From the sequence record NC_021529.2: DNA of 64,000 nt. One strand, 5' to 3'. Positions 26,111-35,799 of the stretch are shown in pieces; the stretch's first letter is position 1; each line of letters begins with the position of its first letter. The notes under the pieces were generated by a model. That model was given only the letters and a program-made list of their open reading frames with translations. It was not told where the DNA came from and ran no database searches. The position numbers and the translations under genes were made by a program.

Positions 26111-26320
26111 ATGAAAATTCGCAAAGGCAGTGTTTTAGAAGAGACGTTGTTAGGTGATGTGTTCAACTACAAGATCGTTTCTCCAGTGACGAGCGTTGAC
26201 AAAAAGCAGTCTTTTACAATGCAAGTTGTTTCTGTAGCGGGTAAGCAAGTCGTGAATGGTTATAGTGCCAACGTCACCATTTACAAAACATCTAGCAGAT
26301 TTAAAGTACGAGAGTATTAG
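26111..26320 (+). CDS. hypothetical protein
   Basis: Packed ORF. Confidence 0.6.
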   Translation: MKIRKGSVLEETLLGDVFNYKIVSPVTSVDKKQSFTMQVVSVAGKQVVNGYSANVTIYKTSSRFKVREY

Positions 26321-26329
26321 AGAGGAAAT

Positions 26330-26764
26330 ATGATTTATCGATTTTGGGAAACACCAACTAGCGATTGTCTAATTGAAATCATACATGATGGTAAAGAAGA
26401 CGGTGAGCGTGCTTACATCACCGACATGATTGATTTCTATCATACAGAACACGGTCGTCAAGCGTTGTTGGGTCATACTGATGGTTGGGGAACTGTTAAC
26501 TTTACCAAGTATGATATTCGCGAATTAAAGTGTCTTGGTCGTATTGAGACTAAACCTCTTACATTATCAGCGAATGACAAGTCTGTTTTGAGTCGTTGCA
26601 TTGATAAAGAAGGGTTTAATTACGCTATGTTTGATTACAGCGATTATCAATCAGTCGAACGTAACGTTGTTCAGTCGCGTGAGTTTCATGAGCTACGCAA
26701 CGGCTTGATTGATGCGAAGAGCAAACTACAAACTTGGTTAAGGATGCAGGGGATTGACGCATGA
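26330..26764 (+). CDS. hypothetical protein
   Basis: GAGG SD; packed ORF. Confidence 0.65.
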   Translation: MIYRFWETPTSDCLIEIIHDGKEDGERAYITDMIDFYHTEHGRQALLGHTDGWGTVNFTKYDIRELKCLGRIETKPLTLSANDKSVLSRCIDKEGFNYAMFDYSDYQSVERNVVQSREFHELRNGLIDAKSKLQTWLRMQGIDA

Positions 26765-26913
26765 TAAAATACAAAGTTCGACCAGCGTTGTTTGGTCTAT
26801 TATGGAAAGTTGTGCTTCATGCTAACAGTTATGATCGTGCGACTATGAGTTTTCACACTACGTTTGCAGGTGCTATTGATTGTGCGCGTGCGTTGCAAGA
26901 AGAGGAGCTGTGA
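26761..26913 (+). CDS. hypothetical protein (50 aa)
   Basis: Read by hand: MIKYKVRPALFG...; ATGA overlap. Confidence 0.55.
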   Translation: MIKYKVRPALFGLLWKVVLHANSYDRATMSFHTTFAGAIDCARALQEEEL

Positions 26914-26915
26914 TA

Positions 26916-27239
26916 ATGAGTCAGATGGAATACAACAAAGGCGTATTGACGCTTATTGATCAATCGCCTGAGAGTCTAGCTGAAGAGCTTATTACAGAGT
27001 TACCGTTATATTACGATTCTAAGCTTGAATGCTTACGTGACAACTCAGAAGCACATGGTCTAGTTTTTATTCTAGACAAGTGTTACCGTGTCACGTTTGA
27101 GCGAGAAGCAGAAGACTTGTATATGATTGCGAATGCAGACGTACAAGACAACGGTGATATTCATTTCGAAACGTATCATTACAATGGTGGTGCGCATTGG
27201 ACTGAAGTCGTAGAAGGGGCGTTACGTGAAAATCGATGA
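26916..27239 (+). CDS. hypothetical protein
   Basis: GAGGAG SD; ends HYNGGAHWTEVVE. Confidence 0.65.
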   Translation: MSQMEYNKGVLTLIDQSPESLAEELITELPLYYDSKLECLRDNSEAHGLVFILDKCYRVTFEREAEDLYMIANADVQDNGDIHFETYHYNGGAHWTEVVEGALRENR

Positions 27240-27516
27240 ATTCATAGCAACGCCGTATGTACGTTCTAGACTATCGATGGTCGACAAATACGGAGATGTT
27301 GTGGTCACTTGTTCTAGTGAGTGGCATATGGATCATGTTGAGCGTGTGTTACTTGAGAACGCTAAGCTCAAAGAAGCACTTGGGAATACGCTTACGCATA
27401 TCGATCAGGTAGAAAACAGTATGATGCGAATGGGCGTTGATGAAGTTGTACACGAAGATCTACCACGCGATTTACCGGAGTGGGATTTTCAAGAGTACGT
27501 GCAGTTGAGCAAATGA
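27226..27516 (+). CDS. hypothetical protein
   Basis: GTG start; packed ORF. Confidence 0.55.
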   Translation: MKIDEFIATPYVRSRLSMVDKYGDVVVTCSSEWHMDHVERVLLENAKLKEALGNTLTHIDQVENSMMRMGVDEVVHEDLPRDLPEWDFQEYVQLSK

Positions 27517-27562
27517 TATTACTTAATCTATTAGCAACTGTGATTGCTGTATACGGTGTATT

Positions 27563-27865
27563 ATGACCAGAATTGAAGAACTAGAAACGCAGATTCGAAT
27601 GTTGAAAGACGAGTTGAATGAAGAGCGTAATCGCTGTCATCATACTCGCATTACATACGAATACAAATCAAACACGGGTAATTACGATCCAACGTGTGAT
27701 TCGTATTGGGTCAATGTGAAGTGCATTGATTGTAATCATCGTATGACGTTTGATTCTGATGAAGACAATACCAATTACAGAATGGTTGGTGAAATCGGGT
27801 CGCAAGGTCGAGTTGAGACTCACGACTATGACACATATTTGAAAGTTAAGGGGATACTAGAATGA
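27563..27865 (+). CDS. hypothetical protein with Cys/His motifs
   Basis: Coiled coil, then CHH...CIDCNHR. Confidence 0.65.
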   Translation: MTRIEELETQIRMLKDELNEERNRCHHTRITYEYKSNTGNYDPTCDSYWVNVKCIDCNHRMTFDSDEDNTNYRMVGEIGSQGRVETHDYDTYLKVKGILE

Positions 27866-28197
27866 AATACGCACGTTACACTGAGTTCAACGATCATGAA
27901 GGTGAAACCTGGCATCGATTTATTCCAATGACGGATCCATGTCTAGACAAGTTTCTAGATGTGATGAAGATCGTTGAAGATTCAGACGATACCTTTTCAA
28001 TCGAGATTGACGGCGAAGGTAAGGTTGTTCAGTACGATGAATCATACGTTAAAGTGCTAGTTGACGAATCAGCTATGTACATGAACGGTTACATGGATGC
28101 ATATGCCGTGTGCAACATCAACGAAGACGCTTTAATATACACGAGCGACTACGAAGAAGCGTACGAAATGCTATACAAGATGGGGTGGGCGAAATGA
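27862..28197 (+). CDS. hypothetical protein
   Basis: EFNDHEGETWHRFI; ATGA overlaps. Confidence 0.65.
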   Translation: MKYARYTEFNDHEGETWHRFIPMTDPCLDKFLDVMKIVEDSDDTFSIEIDGEGKVVQYDESYVKVLVDESAMYMNGYMDAYAVCNINEDALIYTSDYEEAYEMLYKMGWAK

Positions 28198-28517
28198 GTC
28201 AAGCATTAACAGACTTAGCGATCAAGTTCAACGAAGCGCATAATTACAGCACAGAGCCAAATGAGTTGTACGAGACGTTCATTGAATGTCTAAGCAAACG
28301 CATCGTACAAGAAGAAACCGAATCTGAGCATCGTTGGTATGACATTCGTTCTGTCGTACACGCTGTTGATATCGACGGGACAGAGCGTTACTTCGAGACG
28401 TTTGACTATCACATTACTGGTGATAACTCGGCGCGTGATATGGATTTGGACATGCCGACGCTTGAAGACGTGGTAGAAGTTCATCCGCATCAAGTTACAA
28501 TGACAGTTTACAAGTAA
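28194..28517 (+). CDS. hypothetical protein
   Basis: ATGA overlap. Confidence 0.65.
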   Translation: MSQALTDLAIKFNEAHNYSTEPNELYETFIECLSKRIVQEETESEHRWYDIRSVVHAVDIDGTERYFETFDYHITGDNSARDMDLDMPTLEDVVEVHPHQVTMTVYK

Positions 28518-28519
28518 TA

Positions 28520-28548
28520 AAAGCCCCTTAATTGGGGCTTTTTTAGGT
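28520..28548 (+). terminator. Intrinsic terminator (identical 29-mer also at 48082)
   Basis: AAAGCCCC-TTAATT-GGGGCTTTTTTAGGT. Confidence 0.85.
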
Positions 28549-28585
28549 TTGAAGAAAATAATTCCCATTTATTGGCAAAAAAGGC

Positions 28586-28661
28586 TTGCGTTGGTGGTGG
28601 TGATTTCGTATTATAGCTACATCGAAACGAGATACACAACTAACAAAGAGAGAACATTATG
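28586..28661 (+). promoter_or_regulatory. Early promoter cassette
   Basis: TTGCGT 28586, 17 bp spacer, TATTAT 28609; CTACATCGAAACGAGATAC; GAGAGAACATTATG. Confidence 0.8.
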
Positions 28662-29216
28662 TCTAGCAACTTAAACAACATCACAATCAAAGACATTCGC
28701 GAATTTGGTATCAGCACTGTTGAGTACAAAGACTTCACTATCTTTGCTACTGAATCTGACGGTGAAATTGAACTACGTGCTGCTGTACTGTACGATGCAG
28801 ATTCAGATGCTCACGTGTCAGTAACTCAAGTTTACGCAGACACGTTACGTGAAGCGAAAGAGTCTCTTCAAACTGAATTGAACGATATCAAGCACAGTGC
28901 TGGTCAAATCGCGGGTATGGCGCTTGTACTAGACTTTGTGGGTTCATATGAAGCTTTACTAGCTGAAGTTGAAAAATCGCGTACAGCCCCACAGAGCGCG
29001 TCTGAGACGGTATCTAAGAAACCAGCTCGTGGTGAATCAGCAAGAGCAGAGATTGCAGCGATTGCAACTGAGCATTTAGGTCTTGAAGATATCACATTTG
29101 AGAAGCGTGGTAAGAATGGTTTAGACTGGTACATTGTCGCGACTAAAGATGGTGCTGAGTTTGTTAAGCGTCTAGACGTATTCAAGAAGGCATTGAAATC
29201 AATGGGTGTGTTATGA
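28659..29216 (+). CDS. hypothetical protein
   Basis: First gene after cassette. Confidence 0.7.
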   Translation: MSSNLNNITIKDIREFGISTVEYKDFTIFATESDGEIELRAAVLYDADSDAHVSVTQVYADTLREAKESLQTELNDIKHSAGQIAGMALVLDFVGSYEALLAEVEKSRTAPQSASETVSKKPARGESARAEIAAIATEHLGLEDITFEKRGKNGLDWYIVATKDGAEFVKRLDVFKKALKSMGVL

Positions 29217-29488
29217 TTAGATTCAGAAGAGAGCGTGTTGTCTATGAGACGATTGAGATCACGACAGCACAAGAGTTGCTTGATAACGTAACTGCCGTTC
29301 GTTGTTACAATGATGAGCTTGACATTTACGTACCAGATGGTAGACCTGGGTTGTTGAATCGAATCGCAACTGTGAAAGTATCTGATGTGGGTTATGAAGG
29401 TAGTTCATTTGAAGATGCATTCGATCACTTTAAAGAGAATTACGAAAAATACTTTGAACTTATTGAAAAAACGCTTGACGCGAACTGA
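29213..29488 (+). CDS. hypothetical protein
   Basis: ATGA overlap. Confidence 0.6.
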   Translation: MIRFRRERVVYETIEITTAQELLDNVTAVRCYNDELDIYVPDGRPGLLNRIATVKVSDVGYEGSSFEDAFDHFKENYEKYFELIEKTLDAN

Positions 29489-29503
29489 GTCAAGCTGTAA
29501 AAT
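29473..29503 (+). promoter_or_regulatory. sigma70-type promoter with inverted repeat over -35
   Basis: TTGACG 29475, 17 bp spacer, TAAAAT 29498; GCTTGAC/GTCAAGC arms. Confidence 0.7.
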
Positions 29504-29536
29504 CACTTTCGAACTAACACAAAAGAGAAAAATATT

Positions 29537-30118
29537 ATGAATCGTCGAGTTAAAATGAATTCATCACATCACACAATGCCAGTATCTAAAGGCGAAGATG
29601 GTATTCTGTTGCACACTGACAACACGAAATACACAGTCTACTGGCCATCGATTGCGCGAGTGACGAAACACTTGAAGGATAAAGACATCATTGTATTGAC
29701 GTTTGAGAACGCTTCTAATGAAGAGACTGAAACTGCAATTCATGCGTACGCCGACTACAAAAACGGGCTAAAGAAACGCAAGAAGTCAGAAACAACTTCA
29801 GCTTCATCAGAAGTTGATTACTCAACGCATTGGGGTTACCAAATAGGGTTGTCTCGTGATGATTTATCAGTAAAAGAAGTTGCAAAGCTTTTCATCGGTC
29901 GTCAAAAAGCAGACATGATCTTGATTGAAAAGGTAAATGCATTGACTGGTGAAAAACACGACAACATTCGTGATGCTGCACATGCAATTGCACACGCTGA
30001 GATATCAGTGCGCTTTAAAGATGCAGAATCAGAGATCGAAGAAGTTTTAAAACGCAACGGGATTCCTGCTGCACAACTAAAAATTATGACACAAAACATT
30101 ATGAACAAAGGTGAATAA
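29537..30118 (+). CDS. hypothetical protein
   Basis: ORF after promoter. Confidence 0.65.
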   Translation: MNRRVKMNSSHHTMPVSKGEDGILLHTDNTKYTVYWPSIARVTKHLKDKDIIVLTFENASNEETETAIHAYADYKNGLKKRKKSETTSASSEVDYSTHWGYQIGLSRDDLSVKEVAKLFIGRQKADMILIEKVNALTGEKHDNIRDAAHAIAHAEISVRFKDAESEIEEVLKRNGIPAAQLKIMTQNIMNKGE

Positions 30119-30671
30119 CATGAATCGTTCCGTAGCATTAGTACTTTCTTACGCAGGCGTTTTCGAACCAACAACATACGAACTTGCTCAGCATTTTTAT
30201 GATGCAAGCAGTTCAACGAAATACATTGATTCTGTTCGCCGAGCAGTTCATGACGAGCTACGCGCTGGTGTTGAATCTGGTGTATTGACGCGATACAGCG
30301 CAAAGAAACATGTTGGTAGCACGAAGCACGCTCACCGTTACATGTGTCGTAAAAAAGCAGATGCGCTTGGCATTAAGTCAGTACCATATATTGATGGTCG
30401 CAACACAATCCCACGCACTGGTATTATCGCGTTGCTTGAGAAGTGCTTAGCTGAAATGATCGTTGATAAAACTTACCGTCACAAGAAGTTCACATCAAAC
30501 GAAGATGGTCTAGCTACGCTTCTTCAATACATTCGCGAAGGCAAGACAGCAGCAGCACGCAAAGTGTTAAGCTCACATGCAAACACATATGAGCGCAATG
30601 CAAAGTACGTTATTCGCAATCATCGTGGTGTTCTTGATGATGCTGGCGTTAAACTATCTGCATTGAAATAG
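30111..30671 (+). CDS. Basic hypothetical protein (possible winged helix)
   Basis: Packed ORF; start could be 30120. Confidence 0.6.
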   Translation: MNNMNRSVALVLSYAGVFEPTTYELAQHFYDASSSTKYIDSVRRAVHDELRAGVESGVLTRYSAKKHVGSTKHAHRYMCRKKADALGIKSVPYIDGRNTIPRTGIIALLEKCLAEMIVDKTYRHKKFTSNEDGLATLLQYIREGKTAAARKVLSSHANTYERNAKYVIRNHRGVLDDAGVKLSALK

Positions 30672-30681
30672 AGATAGAATC

Positions 30682-30924
30682 ATGACACTAGACCAGATTG
30701 GATTTATCATCTATGGTGTAGTTGCAGTTCTGGTTGTTATCGGCTTCGTGATTCACGAAGTCGTTACAAACAAAGATAACGATACACCATCAGAGTTCGG
30801 CATTCAAACAATTTGCATTGCACTCATATGGCCAGTAATTTCAATATTGATAATCGTTGTTGGCGGTGCACTTGCAATCGAGACAATCACAACTAAGCTC
30901 ATGAACAAATTAAAGGGTAGATAA
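30682..30924 (+). CDS. Two-TM membrane protein
   Basis: Two hydrophobic helices, ALIWP motif. Confidence 0.65.
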   Translation: MTLDQIGFIIYGVVAVLVVIGFVIHEVVTNKDNDTPSEFGIQTICIALIWPVISILIIVVGGALAIETITTKLMNKLKGR

Positions 30925-31307
30925 TGCAACCAATAGACGTTAGAGACAGACTACCGACACAAGACGGGACTTATCTTTGCATTCGATACGGTATGTCGTA
31001 TATGCCAGAAGCGATTGAGTTCTTTATTGACTGCGACGACGAGGGAACTTGGGCAGATGAGATTCTTTGCAGAGAAGGTGGCGGTGGTGTTAAGCCTTAC
31101 AATCAGCTAACAAACGCTGAGAAATACTGGCGAACTAACTATGGTAAAGTTATCTACTGGTTCGAAATGCCAGAGAATCACATGAGCGCAAGCGACTTCA
31201 AAGATTATATGCTTGCTGAACTATGCAGTCGCGGTATTGATCCAGATGCGATTGACGGTAAATGGGATAGAGTAGAAGCACACGGAGAAACAACATGCAC
31301 AAAATGA
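30924..31307 (+). CDS. hypothetical protein (DUF551-like N-terminus)
   Basis: IDVRDRLPTQDGTYL...VIYWFEMPE. Confidence 0.55.
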   Translation: MQPIDVRDRLPTQDGTYLCIRYGMSYMPEAIEFFIDCDDEGTWADEILCREGGGGVKPYNQLTNAEKYWRTNYGKVIYWFEMPENHMSASDFKDYMLAELCSRGIDPDAIDGKWDRVEAHGETTCTK

Positions 31308-31888
31308 CAGTACACGTATGTGACTATTGCGACTTTCAAAGCATTCTAGAGCGTGAAGTCGCAGCACACGAGAAAGTTTGCGCTGCTGTTAAAACGTTCA
31401 ACGACGTTAAAGCGATTCAGCAAGCACAAGCACACGCTTATCTCGACACGATTCGTTTACGTGCTTGCTCATTCAAACACTTGTTCGATATCATTCTTGA
31501 TGAAGAAGACATGATCATCGAAGCTGTTCACGTGTTGCATTACTACGGGGAAGAACGCAAAACACCGCGTATGATGAACTTCAGATGGGAATTCTGTCAT
31601 TTCTGTCACGAGTATCAGCAATTTCGAGACGAGCGCAAGACACACAGCGCACCAGTTGGTGAGAAAACTTGCCCGATGTGGTCTGAAAACAGAGAAGACA
31701 TCAAATTCGGGTTGGCTTCTTCAATTCGTTGTCATTGGGAACATCAAGGCAATCGTAAAAAGTTCGATTTATATCGCAAGTACATCGGTCGCATCCCGGG
31801 CATCAACTGTGGTACTGGCGGTGGTGTTGAGAAATGCGACTCTTATCTAACACTATGGAAAGATGACTTTCCATTAATTCGAGGTTAA
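31295..31888 (+). CDS. Protein with N-terminal C2HC zinc finger
   Basis: CDYC-x12-H-x3-C. Confidence 0.6.
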   Translation: MHKMTVHVCDYCDFQSILEREVAAHEKVCAAVKTFNDVKAIQQAQAHAYLDTIRLRACSFKHLFDIILDEEDMIIEAVHVLHYYGEERKTPRMMNFRWEFCHFCHEYQQFRDERKTHSAPVGEKTCPMWSENREDIKFGLASSIRCHWEHQGNRKKFDLYRKYIGRIPGINCGTGGGVEKCDSYLTLWKDDFPLIRG

Positions 31889-31889
31889 C

Positions 31890-32564
31890 ATGAAATACGT
31901 ATTGAAAGTAGCAGAACGAAACTCAAGTCGAGTTTCAGACGGTTCGATTGGGTTGCTTGTTAATGAGCACTCACCAACGTTGATATTCTGGTTGAGCTTA
32001 GGTGAGATTATTGAATACACGACGTTGAATGTATCTGGAATTGAAGTTCAAACGAATGATTGTGTTGATCGAAAGCTAATTGCCAAAGCAAACGAAATGG
32101 CAAATGCATGGTTGAATGACACTCCATTCACAATCACGGAAGATAGCGCAATGACTCCTGAAATGTTCACTGAGCGTGCAAAGATTATAATCAAGAACGC
32201 TGATAAATTTGCATCAAACATTACAGATCATTTGTCAGCGTTTGAGGGATATGATGCATCGGAGTTCAAGCATGTTGATTCTGGTCTAGATGAACTAGGT
32301 AATGCATACATAGCATTCGAAGACTTTTTTGGTGAAGATGAAGGTCGAATTTTCTACTTACATGACGTGAAAGACTTCTGGACAGAAGAATCAACGAAAG
32401 AAGCTGAACGTCGATTCACCGAAGAAGCAAACCGACGAGCAGAAGAACGAGAGTTGAAAGAAGCAGCTAAGATTGCATACGATGAAGCAGTTTCTGAAAA
32501 CAAAGAACGCGAAGAGCTAAATCGATTGATGAAGAAATACATCTTCAATGCCATACCAAATTAA
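31890..32564 (+). CDS. hypothetical protein
   Basis: GAGG SD; charged C-terminal coiled coil. Confidence 0.65.
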   Translation: MKYVLKVAERNSSRVSDGSIGLLVNEHSPTLIFWLSLGEIIEYTTLNVSGIEVQTNDCVDRKLIAKANEMANAWLNDTPFTITEDSAMTPEMFTERAKIIIKNADKFASNITDHLSAFEGYDASEFKHVDSGLDELGNAYIAFEDFFGEDEGRIFYLHDVKDFWTEESTKEAERRFTEEANRRAEERELKEAAKIAYDEAVSENKEREELNRLMKKYIFNAIPN

Positions 32565-32581
32565 TTTCAATTTTACCAAAG

Positions 32582-32653
32582 AAAAGGGTTGCGCTATGCA
32601 GCCCTTTTTTGTATTATAGCTTTATCGAAACGAGATACAGAGAGAACACTATG
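32582..32653 (+). promoter_or_regulatory. Early promoter/hairpin cassette
   Basis: AAAAGGGTTGC-GCTAT-GCAGCCCTTTTTT; TTGCGC 32589, TATTAT 32612. Confidence 0.8.
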
Positions 32654-32893
32654 ACTTCAGTAATCAATGCAAAATTTCAAGCTATCATCGACGCAGCACA
32701 AGAAAAAGTTGTTGCTGATAATGCAGAATTCGAAATCGAGCTAACTAACGCTGATATCGCAACGTTCATCTGGCACAACGAAATGACTCCTTTTGAGCGT
32801 CTAGAGTTCGTTCAAGAATTCACGCAAGATAATCTAGTTATCGAGCGTCGTTACAAACTTGCACTATGGTTAATTGAAAATTCTTTAAAATAA
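32651..32893 (+). CDS. hypothetical protein
   Basis: First gene after cassette. Confidence 0.65.
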   Translation: MTSVINAKFQAIIDAAQEKVVADNAEFEIELTNADIATFIWHNEMTPFERLEFVQEFTQDNLVIERRYKLALWLIENSLK

Positions 32894-32896
32894 TCA

Positions 32897-32957
32897 TTGA
32901 CAGCAATCACCAAAAAGCCGATAATAGCTACATCAAAACGAAAGAGAGAACATTATG
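32897..32957 (+). promoter_or_regulatory. Early promoter cassette
   Basis: TTGACA 32897, 17 bp spacer, GATAAT 32920; CTACATCAAAACGA; GAGAGAACATTATG. Confidence 0.75.
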
Positions 32958-33245
32958 AACTACACTACTGAAACAATCACTGCTTGCATGAATCTAGTTG
33001 CTACATTGAAATCAGACAAGATTACAAAAGGTAACGTTGCTAAGCTACGTGCTGCATACAGAGCGCAAGATGATCAAGAAGTGTCTATTGCAATGTCTTC
33101 TATCTGTTCAGTTGCTGAACGTCACTTAGACCGCAAAGCAGCGAATCGTCCTAGCATCACGAAGTGTGCAGAGTCTTACTTGAACTTTGATTGGACAACT
33201 ATTCCTGGTTGTATTGGTTTCACTCGCGAAGTAGCAGAGGTTTAA
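32955..33245 (+). CDS. hypothetical protein
   Basis: First gene after cassette. Confidence 0.65.
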   Translation: MNYTTETITACMNLVATLKSDKITKGNVAKLRAAYRAQDDQEVSIAMSSICSVAERHLDRKAANRPSITKCAESYLNFDWTTIPGCIGFTREVAEV

Positions 33246-33361
33246 ATGAGCAAATTCGACGAAGCATTATTGTGCATTTTATTTTATGTTCTTTGCGCAC
33301 TGCGTTTTGTAACTAAAACGGCATACAAATTACGTTGGATTTTACTCGGAGCATTCATCAC

Positions 33362-33643
33362 ATGGTCAGTCTTTTAAAAGCAGTAAACAGTGAGTTCACA
33401 GACAAGACAGGTTATATTCTGCCTGCTGAAATCGCTGAGAAAGTCGCACGCGAGTGTGAGCAAGAATATTGGGCATCGTTTTACACGCATGATTGCACGT
33501 CGTTAGACACTGCGGATCGTGACATTGCATTCGATTGCATTGCAGTAGAGCTTGGCTTCGAAGCTGGTTGGCCATTGTACATGTCAACTAAAGAATACAC
33601 AGACCTGTTCTGGTCAGCTATTGAAAAATTGGAGAAAGCATGA
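33362..33643 (+). CDS. hypothetical protein
   Basis: ATG 33362 preferred over the TTG start. Confidence 0.6.
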   Translation: MVSLLKAVNSEFTDKTGYILPAEIAEKVARECEQEYWASFYTHDCTSLDTADRDIAFDCIAVELGFEAGWPLYMSTKEYTDLFWSAIEKLEKA

Positions 33644-33924
33644 AAATCATCAAACAGATTAAAGAGTACTTCTTCCCAACAATCATACCACCACAAATCG
33701 GTGATAAATTTCGTCGGATCGAACATGAATGGATTGACCCTGACGAATCAGCGACTATAATCGAAATCGTGAACGTATCTAAAGATGGTAAGCACATCAA
33801 ATATGTTTTTGTGGCGATTGATGGTAATCCAGTCGTGCAAACATTTGCAGGCAATGTATCTAATAGAACGTCACACGATTTCCCAACTGCACAACTTTAT
33901 AGACTATTCGAGAAAGTAGAATGA
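33640..33924 (+). CDS. Paralog family C, copy 1
   Basis: PQIGDKFRR...TIIEIVNVSKDGKHIKY. Confidence 0.65.
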   Translation: MKIIKQIKEYFFPTIIPPQIGDKFRRIEHEWIDPDESATIIEIVNVSKDGKHIKYVFVAIDGNPVVQTFAGNVSNRTSHDFPTAQLYRLFEKVE

Positions 33925-34343
33925 CACGAATCAATTGTATGCCTGTTGAAACACTCTCAGACAAACATTTGCTTGCTGAGTACAAAGAGATAACTCGACC
34001 TTTTAGCAAAGTCGAAGCACGCATTGCAAACGACACAATGACAAATCTGAAAATCCCAGAACACTACGTTCTGGGCACGGGTCACGAGACATTCTTTTTC
34101 GATAAGTTGCATTATCTTTATCTTCGATATCAAGATCTATGCGAAGAGCTGATTCATCGTGGCGTGAACATCGATATGACTAAGTTCAATGACATTTGTA
34201 ATTGGGTTGTCACGACGTTCGAAGATACTGCATATTGGAACTATTGGGTTCCGCGTCCAGAAGACATGTACTTGAATATGGCACGACTTGTTAAACGCAG
34301 CAACTTTGAAGTTGCAAAATCAGAAGCATTATCGGAGAATTAA
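33921..34343 (+). CDS. denV: Pyrimidine-dimer DNA glycosylase / endonuclease V
   Basis: MTRIN...LSDKHLLAEYKEITR, YVLGTGHETFFFDKLHYL. Confidence 0.9.
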   Translation: MTRINCMPVETLSDKHLLAEYKEITRPFSKVEARIANDTMTNLKIPEHYVLGTGHETFFFDKLHYLYLRYQDLCEELIHRGVNIDMTKFNDICNWVVTTFEDTAYWNYWVPRPEDMYLNMARLVKRSNFEVAKSEALSEN

Positions 34344-34345
34344 TT

Positions 34346-34795
34346 ATGGCAATCAGACCCAAATTCGACAATGATCGTCGCGACCCACCAAAATGCGCAC
34401 GATTCGATGACAGCGAGTACGCAATGCCTAAAAAGCCTAAGGCTCGTGTTATCAAAGAAGACGATGTTGATTCAGATAAGAACACAGTGAAAATATTACT
34501 TCTGCTTCTTGCTCTTATTGCTGTCGTTGTGCTTGCTTTGAAGTTTGCAGGGGTATTCAGACCAGTTGATGTCGGTGATCGATATGCATACATCGAAAAC
34601 AAGGGATGGACTTCTGCATCACCAATGTATGAGATTGTAATCACCGATGTGAATTACAGTGAGCAATTGGTTCGTTATCAATACATCGGTCTTAATGATG
34701 TGACTAGAGAAATGTCGTTTCGTGTATTAGACACTTTATATGTGTCGTCAGATGACGTTGATATGCCGGTACAACGAGCGGAGAAATCAAAATGA
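34346..34795 (+). CDS. Paralog family C, copy 2 (TM-anchored)
   Basis: TM, then VGDRYAY...EIVITDV...VRYQY. Confidence 0.6.
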   Translation: MAIRPKFDNDRRDPPKCARFDDSEYAMPKKPKARVIKEDDVDSDKNTVKILLLLLALIAVVVLALKFAGVFRPVDVGDRYAYIENKGWTSASPMYEIVITDVNYSEQLVRYQYIGLNDVTREMSFRVLDTLYVSSDDVDMPVQRAEKSK

Positions 34796-35157
34796 AATTC
34801 AAGTTGACGCCATTTCGTTTTGTATGCGCGGTTGTTCTAGCGTGGGTAACGATTGTATTTTTTCTATTCAATGTAACAAACGGGTTTACTAGCTTCAAAG
34901 CTGACCCTAAAGTCGGTGAATTATACAAGCGTGTTAAAGTTTCTAATTTCGAGAGTGACCCCGATGAAGTAACAATAATCGAAATCACTGAAATCAGCAA
35001 AGATGGTGATGACGTTCGGTACATCTATCGCATGATAGACAATAAAGAATATCATGATGATGACCCGTATCATTGGAGTGAAAAGGTGCATTCAATTCAC
35101 AGAAATTACGAGAAGGTTGAAAATGAAAGCAACACAAAAGCAGATCGAACTATGTAA
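34792..35157 (+). CDS. Paralog family C, copy 3 (TM-anchored)
   Basis: TM, then PKVGELYKR...TIIEITEISKDGDDVRY. Confidence 0.65.
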   Translation: MKFKLTPFRFVCAVVLAWVTIVFFLFNVTNGFTSFKADPKVGELYKRVKVSNFESDPDEVTIIEITEISKDGDDVRYIYRMIDNKEYHDDDPYHWSEKVHSIHRNYEKVENESNTKADRTM

Positions 35158-35347
35158 CTTGCTCATCGACAATGGTGCGCCATTTGAATTGAAGCACCCA
35201 CACGAAGATAGCATTGAAGCTGCCGATCAATTCATCAAAGCAAATCGTCATTATCTACAGCGTGGTATTGTCAAACATGATAACTATTACCACAAAGCAG
35301 TTGAGAACGGATTGATGCCAGAAGATCTAGGCGTACCAAATATGTAA
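35123..35347 (+). CDS. hypothetical protein
   Basis: GAAGG SD before ATG 35123. Confidence 0.6.
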   Translation: MKATQKQIELCNLLIDNGAPFELKHPHEDSIEAADQFIKANRHYLQRGIVKHDNYYHKAVENGLMPEDLGVPNM

Positions 35348-35354
35348 AAAGTAC

Positions 35355-35416
35355 TTGCAATGCTCAATCAGAAGTGTATAATGAATTCATCAACTAGAGA
35401 GAAGGAACACATTATG
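35355..35416 (+). promoter_or_regulatory. Early promoter cassette
   Basis: TTGCAA 35355, 16 bp spacer, TG-TATAAT 35377; CATCAACTAGAGA. Confidence 0.7.
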
Positions 35417-35551
35417 ACTACTGACAGACTAGATTGGGACATCGTTAAGAAATCAAGCTTCATCGCAACGTACAAAGACGGCACAGTAATTGTAGCTCGT
35501 ACACGTAGTGAGTTAAACAGCAAGATCAACGAATTCGAGAAAACGCTATGA
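35414..35551 (+). CDS. hypothetical protein (45 aa)
   Basis: AAGGA SD; begins ..LDWDIVKK, like the next gene (IDWDLIQK). Confidence 0.6.
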   Translation: MTTDRLDWDIVKKSSFIATYKDGTVIVARTRSELNSKINEFEKTL

Positions 35552-35790
35552 TTGATTGGGACTTGATTCAAAAGAAGATACTAATCAATTCTAGTAACGG
35601 TAAAGCATTAGTTGCGCACGTTGATTTCAATAAAGTATCCGACATCGGGTGCTTGAAATTAGTAAGCGTTCATTACATTGAGGTTGATGAATTCACAGAC
35701 ATCAACTTCACTGAAGAAGATTCACCGAATTTAGATAGCTTCGTATACGTTGGCGAATGGTCGCTTGATTACATTAACTCACTCTTGTAG
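35548..35790 (+). CDS. hypothetical protein
   Basis: ATGA overlap. Confidence 0.6.
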   Translation: MIDWDLIQKKILINSSNGKALVAHVDFNKVSDIGCLKLVSVHYIEVDEFTDINFTEEDSPNLDSFVYVGEWSLDYINSLL

Positions 35791-35799
35791 GAATATATT

